The notes under the pieces were generated by a model that had not been told where the DNA came from, made no database searches, and saw nothing but the letters and a program-made list of their open reading frames with translations. DNA of 64,000 nt, from the NCBI GenBank assembly GCA_045124505.1, contig JBGVLZ010000090.1:24507-88506 (forward strand), in the 5' to 3' direction. The stretch comes from Eubacteriales bacterium (GTDB taxonomy: Bacteria > Bacillota > Clostridia > Oscillospirales > CAG-272). Every line of letters begins with the position of its first letter. Positions within the stretch are counted from its first letter, which is position 1. A program made the position numbers and the translations under genes. This document shows positions 54,038 through 64,000 of this stretch, one piece after another.

Positions 54038-54732
54038 AGCGTGCTTTCAATTTCTTCTTTAAGCTGTTTTATAATTTTCTTTTCAAGCCGTGAGATGTAC
54101 GATTGGGATATCCCAAGTGCATCCGCGGTTTCTTTTTGTGTCAGCTCCTTTGTACCGTTGAGTCCGAAACGAAGCTCTATTATCGTGCGTTCACGCTCAT
54201 TAAGTGATGAAACGACACGCTTTATCATTGCACGTTCTTCATCCTGTTCGATGTTTTGCGATACTGTATCACCGTCGCTTCCCACGATGTCGGAGATAAG
54301 AAGCTCGTTGCCGTCATAATCGACATTCAGCGGTTCATCAAGTGACATTTCAGATTTTATGTGGTTGTTTTTTCTTATATACATAAGTATCTCATTTTCA
54401 ATACATCGCGAGGAATATGTGGCAAGCTTTATGTTTTTGTCGGGTTTATACGTGTTTATTGATTTGATAAGCCCTATTGTGCCTATAGATATAAGATCTT
54501 CTATACCGACCCCCGTGTTTTCAAACTTTTTTGCAATATAAACAACAAGACGCAGATTTCTTTCAACAAGTGTACGTTTGGCATCCGCATCATCCGGAAG
54601 ACGAAGCACTATTTCCGCTTCCTCTTCGGGGGAAAGGGGCGGCGGCAGAGTCTGCGCACCGTTTATGTAAAACACGGAATTTCCGTTTGAATGTATTGAA
54701 AAAATTTTTTTGATGAACTGTGTAAGCTTCAT
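54034..54732 (-). CDS. sigE: sporulation sigma factor pro-sigma-E
   Basis: The N-terminal pro-sequence is followed by YINGAQTLPPPLSPEEE. Region 2 is ERNLRLVVYIAKKFENTGVGIEDLISIGTIGLIKSINTY...KLATYSSRCIENEILMY. It lies directly downstream of spoIIGA. Confidence 0.9.
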   Translation of the reverse strand: MKLTQFIKKIFSIHSNGNSVFYINGAQTLPPPLSPEEEAEIVLRLPDDADAKRTLVERNLRLVVYIAKKFENTGVGIEDLISIGTIGLIKSINTYKPDKNIKLATYSSRCIENEILMYIRKNNHIKSEMSLDEPLNVDYDGNELLISDIVGSDGDTVSQNIEQDEERAMIKRVVSSLNERERTIIELRFGLNGTKELTQKETADALGISQSYISRLEKKIIKQLKEEIESTL

Positions 54733-54757
54733 AATATTTCCTTTCTTTGTTTTAAAA

Positions 54758-55666
54758 TCAGTTTTTTATCTCGTACAGACAAAGCGGAACAACTCCGTCA
54801 AACTGTGCAAAATCCGTGTTGTCGCACACGGCAATAACGGCTTTCATCGGAATCTTTTCCTTTTTAGTGCCGATATACACCTGTTCGGGTACGATACCGT
54901 AAAACATTGCATCGCCCCCTGCTGAATGTGCGGGTATGAACCGTGTTTTTGAAAGCAGCCTTTCATTTTCAAGAAGAGTTTTTGACGTGCATCCGGTAAG
55001 CTTTCTGAATTTTTCATTTTTAATTAATATCACGGGCGCACCGCTTAAAGGCTCGTGCAAAAGATTTCCGCTGTCGATAAGTACATGCATGTCAACCTTT
55101 TTTTCTTCAAATATGACGGTTAAATAAGCATCCTTGATATCTGCGCTTTTTGCAAATATTCTGCCTGTTATATATGCTGTAACAGCGCACAGGATAACAA
55201 CTGCAGCAAATACATAAAACGGTATTTTTTTCGCTTGTGCAACAGTTCCGCTTACCCACATATTTCCCATTATGCTGTCAATGAAAGAATACGATGCTGT
55301 CACAGCACCGCCCATTAAAAGGGAAACGGAATAAAAAAGCAAGCACAGCTTTATATACTGTGACAGAACTATGTTCTTGTATGCGGTAAAACACATAAGA
55401 AGATATACGGCAATATTGAAAACTGCCGACGGCAAAGCGCCTTGTATGAACAAAGAGGCAACGCCGTATACACCTCCCATGGCAGATGATAAGAGCAATC
55501 TTCTTTTCTTCATATCAAGATGAAGAATTTTTCCGCTTATGTATAGTGACAGAAAATCCATTGAAAAATTAATTATAAACAGTATGTCACCGAAAACAGT
55601 AGTTTTAATTTGTATCACATCCTTTGGCTTAATTGTATACCTAAGGATGTGTTTTTTTTGTCGCAC
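54758..55666 (-). CDS. spoIIGA: sigma-E processing aspartic protease SpoIIGA
   Basis: 5-TM N-terminal half plus LIDSGNLL (DSG aspartic protease motif). Conserved gene order with sigE. The true start is uncertain because the ORF-track GTG lacks an RBS. Confidence 0.85.
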   Translation of the reverse strand: MRQKKHILRYTIKPKDVIQIKTTVFGDILFIINFSMDFLSLYISGKILHLDMKKRRLLLSSAMGGVYGVASLFIQGALPSAVFNIAVYLLMCFTAYKNIVLSQYIKLCLLFYSVSLLMGGAVTASYSFIDSIMGNMWVSGTVAQAKKIPFYVFAAVVILCAVTAYITGRIFAKSADIKDAYLTVIFEEKKVDMHVLIDSGNLLHEPLSGAPVILIKNEKFRKLTGCTSKTLLENERLLSKTRFIPAHSAGGDAMFYGIVPEQVYIGTKKEKIPMKAVIAVCDNTDFAQFDGVVPLCLYEIKN

Positions 55667-55737
55667 TTTGGTATCTGTATAAAAAATATCATATGGGAAA
55701 TAATTCTTATATTGAAATGAAAGAAGGACCGCGCGAT

Positions 55738-58700
55738 ATGAAAAAAGCTCTTCATATAAAACTTAAAAAACGTGATGGATTTATAAGGGAAAACTGTTCG
55801 TTCAGCGAAGAAATATCAAATAATTACTATTTTATAAATGAAAAAATAAGGTATGCGGAAAAAGAAACAAAAAGTGCGTTTTTTCCTCCTGTTTACCATA
55901 TGAAGAATATTTCATCGCTTCTTAAAAGATACGAATATTCAATATCGGAAGGCGAGTTTTATGCGGAAATAAAGCACATGAACTTATCTGACGGCGAGCT
56001 GAAAAATCTTTACACCCTCATAATATGTGCATGCGTGCGAGAGCTTTTTGAAATATGCCGAAAAAAGAACACCACTTCGCTTGACGGCAAGGTAATATCA
56101 TTTATGCGAAGGAGTGAGTTTTTCGACTACAAGCGTTTTTTTATTTCATTAAGCGAAACCGAAAAACTGCTTTTAAAGTACCGAGATTACGATATAAGCG
56201 ACGAAAAGACAAAAGCGCAGTACCGCTATTATCTTGAAAAATATGCAAACAAAAAGAAAATGTCACCGTGTGATGCACTTAAAAGTCTGTCAGGCTGTGA
56301 TATTACAGAACTGCTTTTAAAGGATCAGCATCCGATAGCAAAAGGAATATATTTTCCTGTAATATTAACCGTCTTTTTCTTTTTTGCGTTGGCTTTGTAC
56401 TGCCTTGTTTTAATTCCGTTTTCGTTTTTTGCGCTCATTCCATACGCTTTATGTCTTTTTCCGCTTTACGAATGCAGTGTTTATCTTGTAAATTATTCGT
56501 ATTCAAAGCTGTTTGTTCCGTTTTCAAAGCCGAGCATAAAAAGACAGGAAATTCCCGAAAATGTCAGATGTACGGTCGTTATAACCTCGCTTTTGGGATG
56601 TGAGGACAAAGAGCTTTTTTCCAAGCTTGAAAAATATTATCTTTCAAACAGACGTGAAAATCTCACATTCGGTATACTTGCCGACTTGCCCGACTGTGAT
56701 TCACCCACATGTGAAAACGATGAAAGGATATTGAATTTTGCTGAAAAAGAAACAAAACGGCTGAACGAAAAATACGGTAATGTTTTCTATTTTTTCTACC
56801 GTGAGCGTGAATATTCCGCAAGCGAAGGAAGATTTACAGCGCCCGAAAGAAAGAGGGGAGCTGTTGTTGAGCTTTGTAAGCTGTTAAACGGAGAAAAAAA
56901 TAAAATAATCACGCTTTCCCAGGCGGTGGAAAATAAGCTTCACGGCACAAAATATCTTATAACACTTGACAGTGATACACAGCTTCCACCGTATGAGGCT
57001 GAACGAATGATATGCACAGCGGAGCATCCTGCAAATCTTCCCGTCTATGATGAGGAAAAACACAGAGTTATAAGCGGCCACGGAATATTACAGCCGGGTG
57101 TGGAAACTTCACTGGAGTCATCGCTTAAAAACGCTTTTTCGCTTCTCAGCTGCGGCGGTGTCGGAGTTCAGATATACAGATACGCAAGGTTTGATATATA
57201 TGAGGAAATATTCAAGCAAGGCATATTTTGCGGCAAGGGAATAATAAATACATCTGTTTTTTGTAAAGCTGTCGAAGGAATGTTTCCCGATGAAAAAATA
57301 CTGTCGCACGATGTACCCGAGGGGTGCTTACTTAATTCGGGAATGATTCCTGATATGACATTATACGACAGTACCCCATCTAATGCCGTATCATATTACA
57401 AACGTCAGAACAGATGGATAAGGGGAGATATACAGACTTTTCTTGCTTTTTGCGGGAAATATATAAAACACAAAAAGTTTAAGGTGAAAAATCCTCTGAC
57501 ACCGCTTGACAAATATAAACTGTTTGACAACGTAAGACATGATATGACACCTGTTTTTGCGCTTTTTGCAATGATATCGGGTGTGTTTTTTGACCGCCGT
57601 ATTTGTGTGGGCACCTCTGTATTTTCGCTTTTTTATATAACAGTGCCGTTTCTTGTGTCATCTTTTGAATGTGTCGTGTCAGGTGCTTTTGGGGTAAGAC
57701 GTAAGTTTTATTCTTTTACACTTTCATCGTTCTGGCATGGATTTCTCAGCTTTTTAACCCGCCTGTCATCACTTGCCAACGAAGCGTATACATCACTTTG
57801 CGCTGTCATCACTGCGGTGTGGAGATATAAAATAAGCGGTAAAAATCTGCTTGAATGGATAAGTGCCACGGGGGCGGAAAAAATATCCGCAGGCGGTATT
57901 TTAAAGTACTGCTTATGGGGAGCTTTTTCGATTTTGACAGGCATTCTGTTTTTGTTTGTTCCTTTCGGTATTTACAGATCGACGGGTATTTTATTTATTT
58001 TATACCCGTTTGTTATGTATGCACTTTCAAACAAAAGAAAAAATGCAAAAAAGACGGTGAGGGAAGATGACAAAAAGAAAATTTATTCATATGTCCACGA
58101 TATGTGGCGGTATTTTTCAGACAATTTAAACGAAAAAAGCGGATTTTTACCGCCTGATAATGTTTCGTTCTCCTCGGGTGTAAAGGTTGCGGAAAGAACA
58201 TCACCTACAAATATAGGGCTTTATCTCGTAACACTTCTTGCTGTATACGATTTCGGACTGATCGGAGTGGAAGAACTGTATGAAAAATGCGAAAAAACAT
58301 TAAAGACAGTCGAAAAACTTAAAAAATACCGTGGAAATTTATATAATTGGTATGACACGCAAACGCTTAACACACTTGACGGTTTTGTATCTTTCGTTGA
58401 CAGCGGAAATTTTTTATGCTGTCTTGTTTGCCTGAAAGAGGGGATAAAAGAGCTTCCCGAAATGCTTCCCTTATTACCTGCTGTCGAAAAGCTGATAGAA
58501 GAAACGGATCTTTCGTGTATGTTCGATGAAATCCGAAATATGTTTTATATCGGACTTGATGAAAACAGCGGTGTTACAAAGCAGAATCATTATGATATTT
58601 ATATGAGCGAGGCAAGAAGTGCCGACTACTATGCAACTGCAAAAGGAATGACAAGCCCCGGGGCTTTAAGCAGTACTTCAAGAACGCTGATAAATAAGTC

Positions 58701-61700
58701 GGGACACATCGGACTTGCATCGTGGGGCGGTACAGCGTTTGAATATTTTATGCCTCCGCTGTTTATGCCGACACCTGAAAATTCTCTGCTTTACGAAGCG
58801 CTTGAATTTGCATATCTTTCGCAGATTTCATACAAGGCTTCATCAAAAGGCGGGGAAGAGGTTTACGGCATATCCGAATCGTGTTATTTTGAATTTGACA
58901 CAGAGATGAATTATCAGTATAAAGCACACGGTGTACCGTCATTGGGACTGAAAACAGGACTTGCCGATGATCTTGTTGTAAGCCCGTATTCATCATTTTT
59001 GATGCTTTGTATGGGAAGGACACCGCTTGAAAATCTCGAAATGCTTAAAAAATATAATGCATACGGCGTATACGGATTTTACGAAGCCGTTGATTTCACC
59101 AAAAGCCGTGTCGGTGACGGCTATGCTGTAGTAAAGTGTTTTATGGCGCACCACATAGGTATGAGCATTATAGCGTGTGCAAACTTCATATTTGACAATA
59201 TATTTGTAAAAAGATTTACAAGCGACGGTTATGTAAGGTCTTCTTTGTGTCTTTTATCTGAAAAAATACCGACAGATACAGCGCCGTACAAATCACAGAA
59301 AATATATGAAAAGCCTGCACTTCCCACATACAGAAACACATGGGAGAATAAAACACCGCAGTCGGGCGTTATATCAAATTCTATTCTCCGATGTGACATA
59401 ACAAATGACGGTGATGTTTTTTTGCACTACGGCGATGTTATGCTGTTTGATGACGGCTTCGGTAAACTTAAAATAGATGCTTACAAAAACGGAAAATTCT
59501 ATAATCTTTTGGGTGAAAATAAAGGTGTATGTGACGGAACTGTAGGTGAGTTTTCAACGTTTGACACAGAAAAATATATTGCAAGTGCAAGAGTTACCGT
59601 ATCAGATGACGCAAATGTTTTTTGTGCCGAGTGTGCATTTGATGACGATACAAAGAGCCTTATTTCATTTTCTCCCGTGTGTACTTCCGAGCGTGAGTAT
59701 TATGCACATAAAAGCTACGCAAGGCTTTTTATAACGGCAAAAATGAGTGACGGTGTGCTTATTTTAAAAAGACAGGGAAAACGCCGTTTTTATACCGCTG
59801 TGACCGTGTGCACAGAAAAGGGCATATGTCCGTTTGAATATGAGATCTCAGGCGACAATGTTTTACCGTATGACGGTGAAAAATATATGCTTGACAGTCT
59901 TGAATCGTCTTTGATAAATACCGAATATGTATGTCCTGTAACGCCGTTTGTTATCATAAAATCACAGAAAGACCGTATAAGGCTGTTGTTTGCAGCAGGT
60001 AAAGACGAAGAAAGTGTGTTACAAAGTATTCGTAATGCGGTTTTTCAAAACACGCTGACACAAAAAAATAAAGACGGTATAAAGAAATTATATTCTTCCG
60101 TGTTTCACAGCACATATTACGATGAAAGTATCGTTTCCTCGCTTTTGTCACGTCATAGCTTTGAAAGTGTAAGAAAAACACGCTCACATCTTGATATAAG
60201 CACGCTTTGGAAATACGGAATATCGGGTGATCTTCCCATTTTAACGCTTGATATGACAGATGAGGTAATGCTCAAAACTCCGCCTGAAAAGCTTTTAAAA
60301 GCACTATATACGCACAGAGCTATGCTTATAAGGGGGCACAGATATGATACGGTAGTTCTATACAAAGAGGAAGATAAATATCATCGAAGTGTGGAAAAAA
60401 GGCTGTTTGAGATATTCAAGCTTGCAGGTGTCATGCCTCTTGTGGGGCGGTATGGCGGTATATTTGCATTAACGTGCAGTACTGAGGAAGAAAAAGCGCT
60501 GTTTTTAGATATGTCATTTTATCCGGAAAAGGAAACAAAAAATGTTTTACCGGGTGAGGAAGTGCCTGCGTTATTCAGCAACGAAAGATCATATAAAGTC
60601 AGCGATGGCGGTGTGGAGATAACAAACGGCAACGCAGTCTTACCCTGGAGCTTCATATATGCAAATGAAGGCTTCGGCATACTTCTGACACAGAATTCTT
60701 TAGGGTTTACGTGGTATGAAAATTCCCGAATGGGAAAATTGACACATTTCGAAAACGATATTCTGAATATGAACAGCGAAGAAGTATTTTTGGAAATAAA
60801 CGGCAAACTATACAGCCTCACAAAATGGGCTGAAAAAACGGTATTCGGTTTTTCACAGGCGCAGTACAAAGGATGTATATCGGGTATTTATTACTGTGTT
60901 TATGTCACGTGCGACAAAGAGGGGGCAAAAAAGCTTGTAAAGGTTACTCTTACAAATCACAGCGGAAGAAAAATACCGTGTGAAGTATCATACAAAGCAA
61001 ATTTTGTTCTTGGTGAGTCGGAAAAGAAAACAGGCAGACTTTTTGCAAGAAGGGAAGAAAAAACACTTAAGGTCATAAATGCTTACGGCGGCGAGATAAG
61101 AGAATGTGTCCTGCATTCTCCCGAAGGCAAAATATCGTCGTTTGACGGCACAAACGGCTGTGTAAGATGTCCCGTTAAGCTTTACCCCGATTCATCGGGA
61201 ATTGTACACTTTTCCCTCGGTACAGGTGATGCAACGGCGATTTTATACAACAAGGCACTTAAAAAATATAAATCAGCAGTTGAGGAATATCTTAATGTGT
61301 ATGAGTTGCATACAGATAATAAAAGCTTTGATGTTATATTCAATAAATTTGCGAAATATCAGGCACTTTACTGCCGTGTATATGCAAGATGCGGATTTTA
61401 TCAGAACGGCGGTGCATACGGCTTCCGTGACCAGCTTCAGGATATGATATCGGTGATGTACTCATCCCCCGAAACCGCACGTGAGCATATACTCAAATGT
61501 GCATCTCATCAGTATGAAGAGGGCGATGTCACGCACTGGTGGCACACAGGACAAGCGGAGAAGGGAATACGTACAAGATGCTCCGACGATATGCTGTGGC
61601 TTATTTATGTTTCTGCAAGATATGTACGCTTGACAGGTGATGACTCGGTGCTTTTTACACCCGTCACGTATTTAAGATCTCCTGCGCTTAAAGACGGAGA

Positions 61701-62691
61701 AGGCGATAGATATGAAATCCTCACACGTTCAGACATAAAAGAAAGTCTTTATATGCACTGTGTCCGTGCGCTTGAATGTGTACGGTACGGCAAAAACGGA
61801 CTGCCGCTTTTCGGTTCAGGTGACTGGAATGACGGAATGAATGAAAACGGCGGCGAAAGCGTATGGCTTGCGTGGTTTTTATACGGCGTGCTTCTTGATA
61901 TGGCGTATCTTGCAGAAATAAGCGGTGATAGCGAGGGGGAGAAAAAATACCGTGAAAAAGCAAGAGTTCTTTATGAAAACACAGAAAAATTCGCATTCAA
62001 CGGAAAATATTATATAAGAGGGACATACCGTGACGGTACTGTGATAGGCGACGGAGGCGGATGCGATATTGACGTTCTTCCGCAGGCATTTGCCGCAATA
62101 AACGGCGCGGACGGAAAAAGGGTACAAAGTGCGCTTAGTACCGTTTGGGAAAGACTGTATGATGAAAAAAACAAACAGCTTTTACTGTTTGCACCGCCTT
62201 TTAATGAGGACTCAAAGTATATAGGATATATTTGCGATTATCCCGAGGGTATACGTGAAAACGGCGGACAGTATACACACGGGGCTGTGTGGGGTGCTAT
62301 CGGTTTTTTCAGAGGGAATATGCCTGAACGTGGGTTTGAAATACTGCGCAGTATAAATCCGCTTGTCAGATGCGAGGATGATGAAATATTTAAAAAATAC
62401 AAGGGTGAGCCTTATGTATTTGCAGGAGATGTATACAAAAACGAATATACTCCGGCAAGATGCGGATGGAGCTGGTATACAGGAGCCGCAAGCTGGTATT
62501 TTACAGCCGTGCTTGAGGAGCTTTTGGGATATAAAGAAACAGAAAGCGGTTTTACTTTATCCCCGAATTTATGCCGTGGCGTTGAAGATTTCACCTTGAC
62601 GGTAAGAAAAAAGGGCACAGCATATACCGTGAGTGCAAAGAATTTGCAAAAAGGCAAGCTGTACCCGTTTGACGGATGTGATCATATTTAA
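55738..62691 (+). CDS. cyclic beta-1,2-glucan synthase-like giant protein (GT84-type glycosyltransferase + TM region + alpha-helical middle domain + GH94 phosphorylase-like domain)
   Basis: GT motifs ITLDSDTQLP and YYKRQNRWIRGD (QxxRW). C-terminal GH94 blocks (GGAYGFRDQLQD, THWWH, RTRCSDDMLWL, GSGDWNDGMN, ENGGQYTHGAVW). The ORF opens at 55693; the Met at 55738 has the better RBS (GAAGGA). Confidence 0.85.
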   Translation: MKKALHIKLKKRDGFIRENCSFSEEISNNYYFINEKIRYAEKETKSAFFPPVYHMKNISSLLKRYEYSISEGEFYAEIKHMNLSDGELKNLYTLIICACVRELFEICRKKNTTSLDGKVISFMRRSEFFDYKRFFISLSETEKLLLKYRDYDISDEKTKAQYRYYLEKYANKKKMSPCDALKSLSGCDITELLLKDQHPIAKGIYFPVILTVFFFFALALYCLVLIPFSFFALIPYALCLFPLYECSVYLVNYSYSKLFVPFSKPSIKRQEIPENVRCTVVITSLLGCEDKELFSKLEKYYLSNRRENLTFGILADLPDCDSPTCENDERILNFAEKETKRLNEKYGNVFYFFYREREYSASEGRFTAPERKRGAVVELCKLLNGEKNKIITLSQAVENKLHGTKYLITLDSDTQLPPYEAERMICTAEHPANLPVYDEEKHRVISGHGILQPGVETSLESSLKNAFSLLSCGGVGVQIYRYARFDIYEEIFKQGIFCGKGIINTSVFCKAVEGMFPDEKILSHDVPEGCLLNSGMIPDMTLYDSTPSNAVSYYKRQNRWIRGDIQTFLAFCGKYIKHKKFKVKNPLTPLDKYKLFDNVRHDMTPVFALFAMISGVFFDRRICVGTSVFSLFYITVPFLVSSFECVVSGAFGVRRKFYSFTLSSFWHGFLSFLTRLSSLANEAYTSLCAVITAVWRYKISGKNLLEWISATGAEKISAGGILKYCLWGAFSILTGILFLFVPFGIYRSTGILFILYPFVMYALSNKRKNAKKTVREDDKKKIYSYVHDMWRYFSDNLNEKSGFLPPDNVSFSSGVKVAERTSPTNIGLYLVTLLAVYDFGLIGVEELYEKCEKTLKTVEKLKKYRGNLYNWYDTQTLNTLDGFVSFVDSGNFLCCLVCLKEGIKELPEMLPLLPAVEKLIEETDLSCMFDEIRNMFYIGLDENSGVTKQNHYDIYMSEARSADYYATAKGMTSPGALSSTSRTLINKSGHIGLASWGGTAFEYFMPPLFMPTPENSLLYEALEFAYLSQISYKASSKGGEEVYGISESCYFEFDTEMNYQYKAHGVPSLGLKTGLADDLVVSPYSSFLMLCMGRTPLENLEMLKKYNAYGVYGFYEAVDFTKSRVGDGYAVVKCFMAHHIGMSIIACANFIFDNIFVKRFTSDGYVRSSLCLLSEKIPTDTAPYKSQKIYEKPALPTYRNTWENKTPQSGVISNSILRCDITNDGDVFLHYGDVMLFDDGFGKLKIDAYKNGKFYNLLGENKGVCDGTVGEFSTFDTEKYIASARVTVSDDANVFCAECAFDDDTKSLISFSPVCTSEREYYAHKSYARLFITAKMSDGVLILKRQGKRRFYTAVTVCTEKGICPFEYEISGDNVLPYDGEKYMLDSLESSLINTEYVCPVTPFVIIKSQKDRIRLLFAAGKDEESVLQSIRNAVFQNTLTQKNKDGIKKLYSSVFHSTYYDESIVSSLLSRHSFESVRKTRSHLDISTLWKYGISGDLPILTLDMTDEVMLKTPPEKLLKALYTHRAMLIRGHRYDTVVLYKEEDKYHRSVEKRLFEIFKLAGVMPLVGRYGGIFALTCSTEEEKALFLDMSFYPEKETKNVLPGEEVPALFSNERSYKVSDGGVEITNGNAVLPWSFIYANEGFGILLTQNSLGFTWYENSRMGKLTHFENDILNMNSEEVFLEINGKLYSLTKWAEKTVFGFSQAQYKGCISGIYYCVYVTCDKEGAKKLVKVTLTNHSGRKIPCEVSYKANFVLGESEKKTGRLFARREEKTLKVINAYGGEIRECVLHSPEGKISSFDGTNGCVRCPVKLYPDSSGIVHFSLGTGDATAILYNKALKKYKSAVEEYLNVYELHTDNKSFDVIFNKFAKYQALYCRVYARCGFYQNGGAYGFRDQLQDMISVMYSSPETAREHILKCASHQYEEGDVTHWWHTGQAEKGIRTRCSDDMLWLIYVSARYVRLTGDDSVLFTPVTYLRSPALKDGEGDRYEILTRSDIKESLYMHCVRALECVRYGKNGLPLFGSGDWNDGMNENGGESVWLAWFLYGVLLDMAYLAEISGDSEGEKKYREKARVLYENTEKFAFNGKYYIRGTYRDGTVIGDGGGCDIDVLPQAFAAINGADGKRVQSALSTVWERLYDEKNKQLLLFAPPFNEDSKYIGYICDYPEGIRENGGQYTHGAVWGAIGFFRGNMPERGFEILRSINPLVRCEDDEIFKKYKGEPYVFAGDVYKNEYTPARCGWSWYTGAASWYFTAVLEELLGYKETESGFTLSPNLCRGVEDFTLTVRKKGTAYTVSAKNLQKGKLYPFDGCDHI

Positions 62692-63366
62692 TTAAATTCC
62701 GTATTTTATCTTTATACGTTTCAGCCGTGAGGAAAACGACGGATAAAGCAAAAACAGAAAAACAACATTTGATACGGTATAAAGAAGTGTGTGCGGTGCG
62801 GAGGTTATAATGGCGGCTTTGTATAAAGTCAAATTAAATTCGCCGTTGTACCAAAGCACCGTCCATACGTCAAGTATCAGGGAATATAATATTCCGGAAA
62901 GACCGCCGTATACAAGCAAAAACACACGGCTTTTTTCAAGCGGTTTATATAAAAGCCCCGAAATAAAACCGATAACACCCCAAGCGAACATTTGATGAGG
63001 TGTCCACGGCCCTTGTCCGAAATAAAAGTTTGATATAAGGGCAGACAGTGCGCCGACTGTAAACCCCGACTCAGGACCGAGATAAAGGGATGAGATGACC
63101 GTCAGTGCGGCGGTAGGTTTTAAGAACGGAATAAATCTGCCTATAACGGATAAGCACGTCATAACAGCACACAGCACGAGTCTGCGTGTTGTTATTTTTT
63201 TCTTTTCAAAGCTTATAAAGAATAATAAAAGCGTTAAAATGCTTACTGCTGTTATTATATAAATATGGTGTTTTTCTTTGAAAAGAAATATTCCCGAAAC
63301 GATTACCGAGGGGATGAGGAGAAATACTATTACAAATTTCAAAGCCGACAACAATTTATTTTGCAC
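62692..63366 (-). CDS. polytopic membrane protein, probable ECF-transporter membrane (S-type) component
   Basis: ~6 TM segments and a GTG start overlapping the upstream ABC ATPase gene by 11 nt. The family call is tentative. Confidence 0.5.
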   Translation of the reverse strand: MQNKLLSALKFVIVFLLIPSVIVSGIFLFKEKHHIYIITAVSILTLLLFFISFEKKKITTRRLVLCAVMTCLSVIGRFIPFLKPTAALTVISSLYLGPESGFTVGALSALISNFYFGQGPWTPHQMFAWGVIGFISGLLYKPLEKSRVFLLVYGGLSGILYSLILDVWTVLWYNGEFNLTLYKAAIITSAPHTLLYTVSNVVFLFLLYPSFSSRLKRIKIKYGI

Positions 63367-64000
63367 GTTTGTTTTCCCCCATAAGCATTACGGCATCATC
63401 AAACGTCACGGCATTTTTGTATATTCCGCGTGTCAGCATATTGATCTTAGTTGAGTAAAAAGTGCTTTCCGAGAAAAATTTATTCGGATCTTCGGGCTCA
63501 CCTGCTGAGCCTGCAAACAAAAGTGTACATCTGTCGGCACATTCTGAAGCAAAGTCGAGGCTGTGGCTGACTATGATAAACGTAACACCTTGATTTTGTA
63601 ATGATTTTATTACATTTGTTACTTGCTGTGTCATATGTGCGTCGAGTGAGCTTGTAGGCTCATCAAGTAAAACAATGCGTTTTTTACCTGATACAGCCTT
63701 TGCAAGTGCCAAAAGCTGTGCCTGTCCGCCCGATATATCATACGGATGCATATTCATTATCGGTGTAAAATCATACGGAAAGTCCGATGGGGTAAAGTCA
63801 ACCTCATCAAGCTCTTTTTTTACGGTGTCATATGTAAAGATACAGCGCGGATTTTGCGGAAGATACGCAAGTGTATCGTAAAGACTGCTTTGACAGTCCT
63901 TTATTTTTTTACCGAATATCTTTATTTTTCCCGAATACGGCTTGTGTACACCCGAAAGAACACCGAGTGCGGTTGATTTTCCCGAAGCGTTTGCACCGAG
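63356..64000 (-). CDS. ABC/ECF-type transporter ATP-binding protein, partial (5' end beyond window)
   Basis: The frame is open to the window end. Walker A GANASGKST (near 63990), signature ISGGQAQLL, Walker B IVLLDEPT. Confidence 0.85.
   Translation of the reverse strand, partial: LGANASGKSTALGVLSGVHKPYSGKIKIFGKKIKDCQSSLYDTLAYLPQNPRCIFTYDTVKKELDEVDFTPSDFPYDFTPIMNMHPYDISGGQAQLLALAKAVSGKKRIVLLDEPTSSLDAHMTQQVTNVIKSLQNQGVTFIIVSHSLDFASECADRCTLLFAGSAGEPEDPNKFFSESTFYSTKINMLTRGIYKNAVTFDDAVMLMGENKRAK

Noticed and set aside
54758-55666. Refining the spoIIGA start codon.
   Set aside because: The ORF-track GTG at 55666 has no Shine-Dalgarno, and the internal candidates (GTG or ATT near 55620) sit too close to or too far from AAGGA. 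I could not choose confidently, so I left the maximal ORF.
1-64000. A prophage, ICE or genomic island (tRNA-adjacent, many XRE regulators).
   Set aside because: No integrase, transposase, recombinase, phage structural genes or conjugation genes were seen. The five XRE-type genes are scattered singletons, and no direct repeats flank tRNA-Thr.

Overview
This is a 64-kb chromosomal window with no obvious mobile elements. It comes from a spore-forming Clostridia-type Firmicute of low-to-moderate GC (judged by eye). The gene content (spoIIGA-sigE, a sortase-assembled pilus island, tRNA-dependent Asn synthesis, many T-box leaders, short-chain-acid-type CoA ligases) resembles a Ruminococcus/Oscillospiraceae-like gut or rumen anaerobe; the taxon is inference. 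I call about 52 protein genes, one tRNA-Thr(GGU), four T-box riboswitches, a set of sigmaA-like promoters and intrinsic terminators, and two families of intergenic palindromic repeats. I saw no transposase, integrase, CRISPR array or rRNA. Four things stand out. (1) Three amino-acid-specific T-boxes (Leu CTC, Phe TTC, probable Ile ATC) each control an acyl-CoA ligase coupled to a ligand-sensing module: a catalytically dead LeuA paralog with an intact regulatory domain, an ACT protein, and an HTH-cupin fusion. This is a candidate regulon for making Leu/Phe/Ile from isovalerate, phenylacetate and 2-methylbutyrate. (2) There is an RNA-repair-like island: a PHP (TrpH/RNase AM-like) gene divergent from two WYL regulators, then a ~280-nt structured intergenic RNA candidate with a perfect tRNA T-arm closed by a 13-bp long-range stem, then an SPFH protein, then RtcB. 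(3) The GatA homolog in the T-box(Asn)-aspS-gatCAB operon has lost its N-terminus and its Lys/Ser catalytic residues, and an asparaginase-family gene lies just upstream. (4) There is a complete sortase pilus island with a ~1450-aa tip adhesin. Start codons were refined from the ORF track using RBS position. All homology calls come from motif recognition by eye, not database searches.
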